Shown here one piece after another: positions 1-13,000 of a stretch of 64,000 nucleotides of DNA. Both the position numbers and the translations under genes were made by a program. Each line of letters begins with the position of its first letter. Position 1 is the first letter of the stretch. Under the pieces are notes generated by a model. It was not told the DNA's origin, ran no database searches, and worked only from the letters and a program-made list of their open reading frames with translations. Origin of the DNA: Phoronis australis (lineage: Eukaryota > Animalia > Phoronida); contig NMRA01000140.1 of NCBI GenBank assembly GCA_002633005.1, forward strand, positions 434,001 to 498,000, written 5' to 3'.

Positions 1-2190
1 TATGGTATCTAGGCGATCTGGTGCGGGGAAAGTTCAGCTGTGCAGGGTAATATTTGAGAAGGTGGTGGACAAGAAATGAAGGAGATTTTCACAACTGGGA
101 AAATTTGTTCTCACTCTCCTTCCCTCACGTGGTGCAGATTTGTGTTTTATTTCTGAGAATGCTCACCAACTAGTGGTCGGAAGTCACTTATCTCGATAGT
201 CATGCTAACCCATTTCCTAATTAATTTAGTTCATATCTGAAGTTACTGCTGATTGACAGTCGTATTGTACTGCCTCACTACAGTGTCGTGTGCGATTGAA
301 AACTTCAAGCTTTAGTGGCACCAAAAAATGTCTGCCCTCGTTATAATTCAAAAAAATGTAATTACTCCATTGTTGTGTCAAATTGTTTGAAAGTCAACAT
401 CTGTGTTTAACAAAGGATTGCAACCCGCTGGTTTATGAGCGGCAATTTCACAATTTTACCATGCAGTTCCACGCGTGATTTTGACTGCAGGCTGCAGCAC
501 TTTCTCACGCCAAAAGGACGAAAGCTTTCTATGTCAACCAGAACATTGTGTTCTCACGACTGTTTGACAAGCTGCTATCTCTTCAATCGGGCGAACAATA
601 GCTACACGTTCCCCTTATACCCAGGGTGACTGATTTCTACCAAAGGTCGGCAATGCTGAGCGCATGGAGCACACATTCTATTTCAGTTATGGCGAAAACA
701 GAGTAAATTTTGAAAAGTAGCGCAATAATGGTTTCGCTTAGTTTTGACAAATGTCTAGCACATATCGTATTGGCATGCGTGTTTATTTATCCAGTGGTCT
801 ATGGATAGTTGAATACTCCCCGCGCACCTATGTCAAACTGGATTTAAGGTTATCGCAAGGTCACATAAACACACATAACGGAAGTAGCAATTGGCTGCAA
901 GTCAAGTTGCCATTGTTATGATACAAGTCAAGATATTGGAGTCAATCAGATTCTACAAAACGACGCCAGTTCCGTCAAAAAAACTTTTAAACAACTCCGT
1001 TTTGCTATAAAATTGATCTCAAAATATTTCTAACACAGATGAGAAGTGATTTCTGGGGCTTAAAAAAACACAATTTGTAATTGTTCGAGGCCATGCTTTG
1101 CCGCTGTATATAAAATTACCCGCCGTGACAAATAACTTGAACAGCCGAGTCTTAAGCAATAACAAATTTTCAATTCTTTCCAATCCCAGAATTCACCTCT
1201 ACTGATTTCAGACTAAGGAACACGTTGAAATCAAATCCGTTACAAACCGCCGGGTCTTGAAATCAAGGGTTGTTTTTGAGACGCGGGAAAACCGGATTAT
1301 AGACGCGTTTAGGATGAGAAACGTGTGCGCGCTCAGTTTTCAGTTCTCTGTGGTTGAATGTTGGAAACTGCACTTCTTTTAAATTTCAGTACGTAAAATT
1401 TCACACTGCTATTTGAAAACGGTATTCCTGTTGGAAAACTGTTGCATTATGAATCTACACATTTTTTATTTCTCATTGTACAGTTGTTTTACATTTCACG
1501 CAGGTTTGGATTACATGCGAATTTCGAGGCTACGTCTTTTTAGATTTTATGTTGTAGTTACAGTTTGTCGAATGGACCTTTCAGCAGATTTGTTTGGTGG
1601 TGCTGAAAACAACTGGGTCGAAGCACAGTGACTGTTTTTGCTTTTCACGAAAGTCGGGCGAGAATTCCAGATCCTTGTTGATAAACATGTTTTTAATAGC
1701 ATATCACCTGCACTCACACGGAGTTCACCAGTGCTTGGCGGGTTAGACAGTGGCCGACGTGAACTCTCACTGCCCGTTACGCAACGGTAGTTTTTATTGG
1801 GATCAATTTCTACCTGTTCGACCACAAGTGTGTTGAACTTCTATTTTGAACGCACAGGAAGGTCAGCGTAGAGATGCTCGGCATTTTACCTGAAGGTCAG
1901 CGTAGTATTCAAATTACGATCTTAGAATCAAAAAAGTTTCATGGAATTTCAACACGAATTTGTTTATTGGGTACCTTTGAAATTATTGAATGGATTCAGT
2001 CATTGTTATTGGAGGGTGTACACGGTAAAAATAAATTCTGCATAGCTCAGAAACAAGTAACGCGATCGCGGAAACAAATTCCACACCAATTAATCAGGCC
2101 ATTTTTTGTAATTTCCATGGACACAATTATCAATAGACAAAATAAAAACAGTTAACCGCGGCCTGACAATAAACTCGAACACCAGCCTCC

Positions 2191-2331
2191 CGTTCAGTAA
2201 CGCCAGGACCTCGCTAAAAAGCAAGACTTCGCGAGATTACGTGAGATATTGCCGTGCATTTTAAATGAGAACACGTGACTTTGACTAGGTTTTAGCTAGG
2301 TCCTAGCGTAGGTCCTAGCGTCTACTGAACG
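2191..2331. mobile_element. Degenerate MITE with short TIRs
   Basis: cgttcagtaacgccaggacctcgcta at the left end is the inverted match of tagcgtaggtcctagcgtctactgaacg at the right end. Confidence 0.45.
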
Positions 2332-2397
2332 CACGCCAGTTTGTCCCCTCCCACCAAGACCCGCTATGAAAAACGACAATCTCCATCAAGTTTACAC

Positions 2398-2453
2398 CGC
2401 AGGCGTCCTCAGCTTCTGATCATGGGGACGATCAGAAGCTGAGGACGCCTGTG
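2398..2453. mobile_element. 56-bp hairpin mini-element with 8-bp TSD (GTTTACAC)
   Basis: cgcaggcgtcctcagcttctgatc-atggggac-gatcagaagctgaggacgcctgtg is a near-perfect inverted repeat. gtttacac lies on both sides (2390-2397 and 2454-2461). Confidence 0.65.
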
Positions 2454-2500
2454 GTTTACACGACGTGTCAACACTTATTTATGTTACATTTTGCTTACAG

Positions 2501-4096
2501 ACGCAGATGCGGGCCCAGGACGAGGCATTACTGAAACAACTTCTTCACATCCATGATACTATAGCCACACTTTCGGGAACAAAACGAAACCGAAGGCAGA
2601 GTTGTGGAGATCATCCGTCACGTTCTCGCGACACTTCACATATATTGAGTAAGTTGGTGGTTGCAGAAACATACTCCAGTACAAGCAGTATATTTCAAAA
2701 TAAAGCCCTTGTAGTGATTGATGTACTCGTTTTTACAACCGTCGGAATCTCTTCTTGTACTACTGGGGTTAATGGTATACAAATTCGGCTGTTCTGTGAG
2801 TTAAATATCTGTCTAGGTCAGGGTTGGTGTTTTAGAAAGATGCACCCTCGTCAAAAATGTAGTCGAGTGCCCCCCCCCCGTCCATGTCTGTTAACTTGAG
2901 ATGCTGTTACATTTGCAGACAACTGCAGTAGACAGTTTTCACAGGAGAATTCTACCACCCTTGCGAAATATTCATTGTGCCACTTCCGATTTAACTTTTG
3001 CTTTTTTGTTTTGATCAAAAGTTATCTCAAAGGCTTTAAACTTAGTCAGACTTGAGGAATAGACTGTTTTTATTCGTTAGGCCGCAGCTTGCCTTCGAAA
3101 GACGAACTAAGGCGGAGATTGAGCGCTCCAGTCGAGACAGAACCTACGGATGACGAGGGTGTAGAGTCAGACGACAAATCACTGGATGAAGACGCTTTCG
3201 ACAGCAGAGCAGACGAGAAAAATAGAGGTAATATTAGGTTTAACCCTTCTAACCTCAGCCACTAGAGCAATAGTTTGCTACGGTGATCAACACGTTCAAA
3301 CTTATTTCTTTTAATTCCTTACAGTCTATTGTCGTTGATATGCGAGTTAAGTAGGTAAAATGACAAAAATGGTGGTGATTTCACTAGAACTTGCTTTGCT
3401 GCGGGCGTTGATGAGGGCGGTCGAGTAGGCGTAGACTAGCTGTCCTAATTGTATCGCAGTAACTGAAAACTGTGGAAGAATATCAGAAAGTATGACCAAA
3501 GTTTTTTTAAGGGTTAAACTGTTTTTATGGATTTAATGGTTCCAAATACGTTCCACCCAAAGTTAGCCAGAATGAGGTTAACATTCGATTAGCCGAAGTG
3601 ACGCTGGGAGCTAAGAACTTGCCGCCTGCGACCGTCGTGCACGTCAGTGCAGGACAGTGACATTAGCTCGATTATAGTACTCGAGATCAACTTCTGTAGG
3701 CTTCTGTTTTAAATTTGTTATATGAAAATGCTATAAACACTCTTCCTTGTTTCAGATTCCTTTGGATCTCTTGACGAAATCGACTTGGATTTAGAAAAAG
3801 AAATGGCTGATTTTTTATCACCACTTCCGTCAACGTTAGACATGCGCGAAAAGCGGAACAGCATACAGAGGATTGTGAGATTTAGGAATCCTAATAGAGC
3901 CATTAACAGCAGCAGCGTTAATAACAATAATAATCAAAATACCCATAATAAGAACTCATTAGCACATATGTACGATATATCGTACGGAGAACTATTGAAA
4001 CGGAGTTCTAAGTTGTACAAGGAGGTTCAACGGGAGAGAAGGGAAACGGGACACGTGGACCAACGAAAGATGGCGGCATTGAAATTGTTCCTCTGA
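2501..4096 (+). CDS. Uncharacterised protein with a FAM167/LURAP/FAM89-like coiled-coil motif; 5' exon(s) not identified
   Basis: Three phase-compatible exons with canonical splice sites: 2501-2648 (ttacag|ACG...TTGA|gtaagt), 3081-3227 (cgttag|GC...AGAG|gtaata) and 3756-4096 (tttcag|AT, to stop, same frame as ORF 3785..4096). First exon reads TQMRAQDEALLKQLLHIHDTIATL, resembling the 'EMRxQDxxLxxQLxxxxxxI' motif of FAM167/LURAP proteins; it is followed by an acidic low-complexity segment. Family assignment is from motif recall only. Confidence 0.6.
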
Positions 4097-4993
4097 ACTG
4101 ATTTGAATACGTACATGCGTAAATACACGGAAATCAACCGATGGGTTCTACTTATAAATTGTGCCATGAGATCGTGAACATTATTCACGTTTTAAAAACG
4201 CTTTGAATGCTGTGAGAAATTTGTGATAAGTAGACTATATGTTTTACATGCGTTGCTCAGCAACACTGTCTTGTAATTACTATCTACAAAATTTAACCTG
4301 TTTATCAAATGTTAGTTTGTAAGATGCATTCAATTGTAATTATAAAGCTCCAGGATTCAAACACGGAGATAATTAATTTATCCAGTGCCCAGTTTTCAAA
4401 AATCATTAGTGTTCCATGTCCACTCGTCCGCTTTAATATTACGCGGAACGCAAAAACGGAAAACTTATCAATAGTATTACTTCGTCGCAATGAGGTTTCG
4501 CCATGGAAAATCTTAAAAATATTCAAAATTTTTAACAACCGAACGAAAATAACTGTTTCGCCGCTTTGGTATTTCACAGGCGCAGCGACAGACTTTACAA
4601 GTTCATCGAAAGGTAGGAGTTCAACATTACCAATATGAAAAAAACTAAACGAAAAGCAGTGCAACACACATGTCATCTTCGATCAAAAGTTAATTTTATT
4701 TAAAGCGTCAATAAACCTGCCTTCAAAATAAAAAACAACTTGATTTAGAAAACTTAACGTTATGAAATTGGTCTCAATTTGTGGCTTTGTCAAAATCAAG
4801 GCTTCGTATTTTCTTTACGCCGTGATCTGAAAGTGTATGTGCTTGGTCTGAAGCAATAACTATGCATCAATTCTTCTCGAGCCCGGAGATCAATTTTTTC
4901 TAAGCAAAGCACAAGACAATATCGATTGTGTTCTTTGGCAGAAAGCACGGATTTAATATCTTTTTAACAAAACATTTCATTCAGTCTTACACT

Positions 4994-5122
4994 GACAGTA
5001 CCAAGCTTCCGTGGTGTTTTTCCCTCATACAGTAATAACGATAATGTCTTGGACCCTGAGGGTACCTCAGTACCTTCCGGGGCGTTCTCCTCATACACTA
5101 ATAGCGATAATATCTTGGACCC
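4994..5122. repeat. Diverged ~63-bp tandem duplication
   Basis: cttccg...cctcataca(g/c)taata(a/g)cgataat(g/a)tcttggaccc occurs twice. Confidence 0.6.
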
Positions 5123-5146
5123 AGCCTAGTCTAGTCCGTATCGCGT

Positions 5147-5227
5147 AATGGGCGGCGCAGCACTGAAATAAGTGGGGAGGGGGTGGGGGGGGGATAGCAC
5201 CCAGCCCCCTATGGTGCGCCGCCCATG
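5147..5227 (+). mobile_element. MITE family A (CATGGGCGGCGCA...TGCGCCGCCCATG), copy 1
   Basis: TIRs atgggcggcgca / tgcgccgcccatg with a G-rich core. Flanks cgcgt/cgtgt are a 5-bp TSD with one mismatch. Same family at 5969, 39265 and 49926. Confidence 0.65.
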
Positions 5228-5968
5228 CGTGTTTGTAATCATTGACTTCTTTTCCGTAAATACACTGGAGTCATGCGTGACTGCTTCGGCGATAGCATTC
5301 TACCAGCACTGCAGTTAAGACAAATTTCCAATGCTTTGAGTCAGATTGTGGAGTTAGTTTTTCTTGAGCCGATGTAAATCATGTTCTTGTGTTAAAAACA
5401 CCGACTTTCATCACTTGCGCGTCATCGCATTCCGATAAACTTTACTTGGCAGGTGACACAGCGCCTGAAATTCCACTGTCGGCCTTAATACTGCCTTGAT
5501 GGCTGACGGGTCTAGTCTGGAGTCAGTAAATTACCAGCTTTTTTGAAGGCTAGAAACAATGTTTAATCTGAGTAAGGCGCAAGACGAGAGCGAAAGTTTA
5601 ACACTAAGTGGCCTAAGTAAACACGTTTGGGACCCCGATGATTGGGAATTTCGTAGCAGTTTGTGCTTGCGCACGAGTACATGTTACTTGTATGTATAAT
5701 TTAGATCTCAGTCACCATACATTTTCACAGTATGTTATGATGCCCCAATTCCGTTATTTGGATCGTGTGGACAGAATTAGTATCTGCCACGCCAGTGATG
5801 TTCGAATTAAGATAGCCAGCCAGCAGGGTGCACATGACTGAGTGTCAATACAAATATCTATATTTATTCAGCTTTGTACCAAAGTTGGCGTAAATATTGC
5901 CGCGGCATGAAAAAATAGCCGTGAATACCAACACAAGTTATATGTGTCAGATGTTCCGCAGCTACAAT

Positions 5969-6108
5969 CATGGGCGGCGCAGCACTCAAGTGGGGGGCTA
6001 AAGCCTCCTCAGCCCCTTGTGGTGCACCGCCTATAGACCATGTGCAGAGTAGCGCTGAAAAATGTGGGGGGCTATAGCCCTCCAGCCCTCTATGGTGCGC
6101 CGCCTATG
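5969..6108 (+). mobile_element. MITE family A, copy 2 (internally duplicated), 5-bp TSD ACAAT
   Basis: acaat|catgggcggcgca ... tgcgccgcctatg|acaat, with two internal units. Confidence 0.75.
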
Positions 6109-7519
6109 ACAATACAGCATGATTGATACCTAATCAAGACGAAGCATTACTAAATGACCATGTAAAACAATATTCGGACAGTAGTTACGTAATAGGATAC
6201 CAAACCCGGTTTTGACCAGATATTAAAAATGACTTTCCCACCCAGTTCTCTGAAACAAAGTAATGCTGTGTAACTCTCGTAAGTTTGGAGCATTGCCTAC
6301 GCTTTAGGTGATCGTTACACGACAACTGTGGTGAAAGACCGCCTGCCAAGGACCATAATTTTCAACGTGAGACATACGTGGCATGATTTTTTTTAGTTCA
6401 ATCATGCTTTATCACTCAAGTGGGACGTCAGTGATGTATTAGCAGATGACAGAACGAGGGTTGGTTGAAATTTCCAAAACAGGGGTTTAATGTCCTTTTA
6501 AGGTAAACGGACACCTTCGCTACCAAGGGTCACACTTCTTTAAAATACAACTCGTCAACCCAAGAAACCATGTATTTCAAATCCTTGATGATTACAGAAA
6601 CCTACTCTGCGCACGAAAATAATGCTCCAGTGTTAGTAATCGCGTGATTGTTTTTTCCTAAAAATGCGAATTTTCCAAGTTCGGGGGGTAAGCCACGACT
6701 TCGAACGAAACTTGAAAATTACAATCGGGTGTCTGAAAAAAATCAGCAAGGCCTATTTAGAGCAAAAACCCAATTGTTAAAAAAAAATCAAGACCTAGGC
6801 CATATCGTTTTTTTTTTCAAAAAAAAACAACAAAACATTTGTGGTTTTAAAGTAAGATACGCCATTTTTGTGTTTGTAGTCCAGTCAAGTTATACGCTAG
6901 CATTGCTGACTTTAAGATCGGAAACAGGTAAACGAGACCAGACAATGGCAATATTTGTATTTTGATACAGTAGATAAGAGTTCGATGATTGAAAGCTGAT
7001 GGCTCTTCAGCGATTCGTTGGAATTCACACAGCTGAAACCAGTTCCAGGGGGCAATGGTTCTTTGGTAAGTGAAAAAAATGTGTTGGTCATTGACATGTT
7101 GATCTGTCAATAGGTGGCACCATCGTTCACATTCCATAAATTCTGAAGAAGGCGCCACTCGTTACTGTTTTTTTTCTGTCTCTTATTTAAGTACGGCAAT
7201 GGCGAACCGATTGGACATCATCTCAGTGATCTCGAACTTCCATCTATTCATCGCGTCCGTTAACAACACGACTTAGCATAATAACAAACACACGAGTGTA
7301 AATATTTGCCTTGTACCTGTGCACTGACGTCCACAAGAAAACTTCTGAAACTGCAGAAGAATTGAAACACAGATAACCCTTGCACTAATTGACACTTTCC
7401 GTTGCAACATGAGCCCTGATATAGAATATCAATTAGTTAAACAAAAAACTGCAAATACTGTGAAGAGTCAGAGACGCCGAAATCTGATGGTGCAGTCAGA
7501 AGAACATAAATTGAAATGA

Positions 7520-7750
7520 AAAATCGAAATGCACCTGATGACCCCAGGTATGAGAGAGCACTGCATTCCACGAGGGCCTCGACACTTTACGTCATGATCA
7601 CTAATCTCACATAAGACTGAACACAAGTGGAGAGAGACAATCTACAATGGTTTTGATCTGAGAGGTTAGTGTTTTATTTGATTCGAACTGGGGTCTCACA
7701 AGTGACAGTCTACACAACAAGCCCCGACAGTTCACTGCGTGCCCTCCCGA
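7520..7750 (-). mobile_element. Degenerate tRNA-derived SINE-like element, with a hammerhead-like relic on the opposite strand
   Basis: B-box-like GTTCGAATC on the minus strand (7680-7688). On the plus strand CTGATGA (7535-7541) is flanked by complementary aatgca (7528-7533) and tgcatt (7562-7567). Confidence 0.35.
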
Positions 7751-7801
7751 GTTTATTATTCGATTTCAGTTAGGGCTATTTAGAGAGTTCTAGCAAGTAA
7801 C

Positions 7802-8048
7802 CAGGGCTTGGAATGATCAATGACAAAAAAGATGAAATTTTTCAAGTGACGTATTGTTCTACACATAGGCTTGCGTGATAGAAATGTTTTTAGTGATGTA
7901 AAACGTACATGTAACTGAAATAAGTGCTTTTGCATGAATAAAGTAAAAAATTATGATAAAAAAGAGACGAGAAAGAGGCAATCAAATAAGAGGAAATTGA
8001 AACAAAAAAAGAGGAAATCCTCTTAAAAGATGAAAATTCCAAGACACG
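7802..8048 (+). mobile_element. MITE family B (CAGGGCTTG...), copy 1
   Basis: Collinear similarity with 12123-12347 (aatgacaaa, gcgtgatagaaat, atcaaataagaggaaat, aagaggaaatc). Confidence 0.6.
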
Positions 8049-9884
8049 AAGTAGGCCTAACCCTGGAACATCTCACCAATCAGTTAAAGCTGCACTTTTG
8101 TTCCCTGTTCTTCCAAGCCAACAGTGGGGCTATCTACGGATCTGTATTTTATCTAACTTGAACCGTGATGGCAGGAGGTCAACTTGTGTATTGCTATGTA
8201 GCATGTCTATGCTAGTAGCCAGACAAAGGTTCCCTGAATACAGGGCTCGAGGTCAGAGGTCATGCATGAGAAGGAGTAGTGATATGAATTTGTGGTGGCA
8301 GATTTGGTGCTTGACTCCCTGCCGACTGATCCTCGGTGCCCTTAATCGATCAGAATCACGTCAAACAAGGCTTTGAAAAAGGGTTGCCAAAGAGAACGTC
8401 TGCCATCCAAGCATCTTACCCGCACTTAGAAACACAGGCTGGAGTGAATGCAAATCAAATTGATAGAGACAGTGGTGAATACCCAACTTATGTAAAGACA
8501 TCAGAGGTAAAAAGCAATGCTGTAGACGTCTCACTTGTCTTCTATACAGTCTCATACAAATCGCTCAATTAGGCTCTAATAGTGGCAATAGCCCCGTCAG
8601 TATAAAGACAGAAACTGTGTTTGACCAATTACTGACTAATGATGATCCTATTCCCATTCACTTGCTGGCGATGTGGTAATGAAACTCCTGTTCAACGAAT
8701 TCCAAAATAAAGCTGTGGTATATAAAGACAGAACATGCGTTCAATTAGTCAGCCAATCAGGAGCCAATGATTCAAACTACCAGCTCACCTCTGTCTCTCA
8801 TTTTCCAAAATGTTCACCCTTAGTCATACTGTCCAAGTCAAAAGCTGCCAAGCACTTCATGACATGTTCGAGTTTTAGTGTTTTATAATTTATAGTCGGT
8901 GATGATCACGTCTTGCTTGTAAATGCAGTCAACAGACTACTACCCATGTTTAATATTTTACTTAACAAAGCAGCTGTGCCAAATTAAATAGAATAAAAGA
9001 AATTGGAAATAAAATACAGACTGTAATGATTTTTGTACTTTGTACACATGGTCATGCAAAATACATAGCTTAGCACTTAATTTATCAAACAGCATGACAT
9101 TTCAGTATTCCAGCATGCTACTGGAAATTATTAACTGCCTGAAATTTTACGCCATCCACAACTGTTTTTTGCTCATGCTTTAGGGCTTTTGACAAACTGG
9201 TTCTTTATAACTACTTACATCACAAATTGAATGGAACTCACTGCTTCATTGCAAAAGCTCACCACAGCAAACTTGATTTATTCCAAGTTTGAAGCATCCA
9301 ACTTCGGCTCGACTTAGTAGTTTTGCCAGGACTTTAACTAACGTATAACAGTACACTAAAATCTCACCAGTTTCGGACTAAAACAATTGGCAAAAGTCCC
9401 TCCTTTTCATTTTCCAGGTCCTCAGACATTGTTGTATATGCTCATAATTTTCAAAATATTTTCTGTTGATAGCTATGGTAGAGAATTTGAACATGGCAAA
9501 ACATTCGTTTGATGCTAGATATATTTTATGACAAAAATGAGAAAACAAAAATTCACTTGTCCACCATGTTGTATCCTAAATTGAAGATATTTTCCATAGC
9601 AATACTCATTTTTGTATGGTGTATGATTTCACACAACATTTAATTGATAGCTATAGATGTCAAGTGTTGTACCTTAAATGAAAAATAATTAAATTGTACA
9701 GCACATTGTGATAAACTAAACAACGATGTCCTAAGACCTCTTTGTGAAAAATATTCCAACGAGACCAATTTTAACAGTATTACTTAACAGTACAAAAATA
9801 ATCTTGGAAATGTCAATTCTGAACAATGACCACATGGCTTTGTACGTCCATTTACATTTCACACACCAGACAATCATAGTCTAT

Positions 9885-9890
9885 TTTATT
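9885..9890 (-). terminator. Candidate AATAAA polyadenylation signal of INTS11
   Basis: tttatt on the plus strand, about 150 nt past the INTS11 stop codon. Confidence 0.35.
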
Positions 9891-10036
9891 GGGTCCAAAT
9901 CTGCATTCAAGTACTGTTCTCCAGTCCATGAGGCTAAGTAATTGAAATGCTCCAAGGTCAAAGTTCAAGAGATGCTCCAAGGTCAGAGTTCATGAGATGC
10001 TCCATCATTTTTGTGAGCTTGCATACTTGTCTGTTG

Positions 10037-13000
10037 TCATGTTGGTAAACCATTCTTTAACAACCGGAACAAATAGCTGCCTAACTCTTCATCCTGTGAC
10101 AAAGACACCAGTTATCAAAAATCGACTACTGTATTGTTAAACAAGTAGATGTCATCAAAATTTGTTGAAGGTATGTCAAAAATTGTGTTATATGAGCAAA
10201 CTAACAAAATTTAGGTCTTCAGCTATCCAGGAACTTCATAATTAAGAAACAAATTGTCTACTGGACTGAATTTTTACCTTTTACTAGTACCTCAAAGATC
10301 TCAAATCTCCTTATCAATGGGTTGAAGTAAAATGCGAGATCCTGCCATTAGGATTTTTACATCAACCCATTGAAGGAGACGAGATGGCTCTGAGGAACCA
10401 GGAAGACTGAGTTGAATATTCAGTCCAGTAGACAAGTCTTATATAAAAATGGGTGCAAATTCTTTTGCGTGTTTGGTGAGTAGATATTGGTCATTGTTTT
10501 CATTTACTCCACCAGAGGTACTCTCATCCACTTATTCACATAAAAAGACAAGAATTCAAAAAAATCCCAAACAGCTTTGAGGTGTTCTTCCAATGAGCAA
10601 TATTTTCATGATTGTTCAAATTGCTAAGACCGACAAAACAATACAAACCAAATGCAAGTGATATTTTGTATGAAAATCTGATCTGTGCATAGAACTGGCC
10701 TTCGTTACAAATCAATATTCATTACCAACAAAAAGAGCTGTTGCAATTTCTGTCTCGACGAACACCACAAATATATGATGTAATCCCAATACTCATTACA
10801 AAGGAATTGATACCAAAGCCAGGCGCACACTACCCGACTCATACTGACTACACGAACACTGCAATATTCCACCTACTATCAGAATATGTCATCAAACTAT
10901 GTGGCGTCTGGTGAGCAGTGATCACGACAATCATTACTGATGAAGAGTAGGCAGCAATTGAGACAACTTGTGTCGCATAGTGTGCAGCAGGCTTCAGTGC
11001 TAGATGCACCATTATCAGTTACCTGATAGGACCACGATAACAAGACATCTTTAACATCCTCGTCAGCTCCAGCCACTTTAACAAGGACAGAGTCAGAGAT
11101 GGTTATAGAACCATCCGATGAGTGATGAACTGGGTATTCTTTGAGGAAACTGAAATATTGTTACTACTTTATAACATGGTAACAATACACAGACACTGCA
11201 TGGCAAATTGGCTCTAACTTCTACAAACATTTTTTCAATGTTTATCTCGTTACCAAATAACACAATTAGTAAAAGAACAAATCAAGATATTTGGTATTTT
11301 CTAAAATTGACAGTCGTATACTCTTGAAGTACGGGGAGTCAAATGCCTAAAATTTACTACGTGGAGGATTTTGTTCAACCTCAGCAGAAGGTGTGAATAA
11401 GTCAATCAAATCATAATAAATACCCAAAACAACTGTGCTGGCTGAGTCAAAGCCTACAATTCTTCCACTTAACTTCTGATACAATTACTAATAAAATCAA
11501 TAAATGAAAACAAAATTTCATAGACCTCCAACAATCACGACCCCCTTAAATTAAAATGATCAACAGTTACCCTTTCACAAAGTTATACACTTTCTCTGCT
11601 GTCCGTATGGCCGGCCCGTCGTCTGCCAGAGTCAGAGATGAGGTAAAGCGTATCTGATGCTCAGCGATGCCGAGCTCGTCCAGCGCCTGTTCAGGATCAA
11701 CCAGTTGTAATTTCTACAATGAAGAAAGTCAATATGAATAAGAACCGGTACTGGTTAAAATATGGATAAGGAACAATATGTGATATGGATAAGGAGCAAC
11801 ATTGTAAAATATTGGTTCATGTGAATGGTGAGCAATATCACGTAATATTGACTCCAAATAGTGGAGACCATAATGCATTTACAGCAGTCAAAAAGGCATT
11901 ATAGTCTGATCATTATCAACAATCAACATCCCTTCTAAGAAATAGACAAGAGAGTTATGTCACTGATTTCAAAGCAAATAGTTACTCACGTTTTCTTTCA
12001 TAACCAATGCACCATGGAGAATTCTGGGTTTTTTAGGATCTGGAGGCTCCAAACCTGCAATCAAGTCGTAATCATTCAGTTAATCAAAACTTTCAAAATG
12101 TTGATAAAAGTGTAGTAAGATACAGGGTTTGTAATGACCAATGACAAAGGAAGAGGAAACATTTCCAGGTGATATATCTTTCCACAAATAAATAGGCGCG
12201 CGTGATAGAAATATATATTTTGTGTAATTGTAAAATTTAACTGAAATAAACATTTTTGTATGGATAAAGAGGAAACTGGAAATCAAATAAGAGGAAATAG
12301 AAGCTAAAAAGAGGAAATCTCTTACAAGAGGATAATTTCAGGCCCTGAAGATAATACAATTAATGCTAACTCCAAGAATAAAACCGACAACAAAAACAAC
12401 TACCCTACAACAGTCTTCTCCACAACTGAAAACCCAAATGTCTGGAGCAGGCAAATGTCAAACAAAGAGCAGGATGCGTTGAGATTCTCTGTAGAGCAAA
12501 ATGTACTTACAGTTGTACCATCTTCAGTGCACATTTACACATGCTTTGTTACCTGATCAATCAGGTGCGGACGATTGTCACTAAACCTAATTTAAAGCAG
12601 TAAAGGCATTGTTAATGATGGTGAAGTCTTTTTTCCACAGGACTTCGGAGAATACTGACAAAGCATTATGGTTAGTTCATGCCCACCTGACTGATCTAAG
12701 TCCTTCTTCAGCAGCCCCAGAGACATGTCAGCTGTTATGTTGTGTACGGTCTCCACGGTTACTGTCTCGCCATTGGCTGGACTGAAGCAGCCAATACCTG
12801 AAATGAGAAGTAACATGAAACAGGGTTGCTGGGCATGATGGGCAATAGAGGGCGCTTGTGTGGACCTCTAAGCAATGGTTGCAGTATGAGGCTTTTGATG
12901 AGCCACAAATATCAAGTCACGCATAAGAATAACAACAACTATAATAAACCCAATATTTGTTGACCATTTTATGCAAAGCATTGATTTGTATTTAGCACTG

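Noticed and set aside
3240-3517. piggyBac-like MITE (TTAA-CCCT...AGGG-TTAA)
   Set aside because: Only about 5 bp of terminal complementarity, which could be chance.
5476-5510. miR-200/miR-8-like sequence (taatactgcct)
   Set aside because: The seed-like stretch lies in the loop of a short stem, not in an arm, and the 3' part does not match.
8098-8888. Cluster of short ORFs downstream of INTS11
   Set aside because: No recognisable domain and no consistent splice structure could be built.
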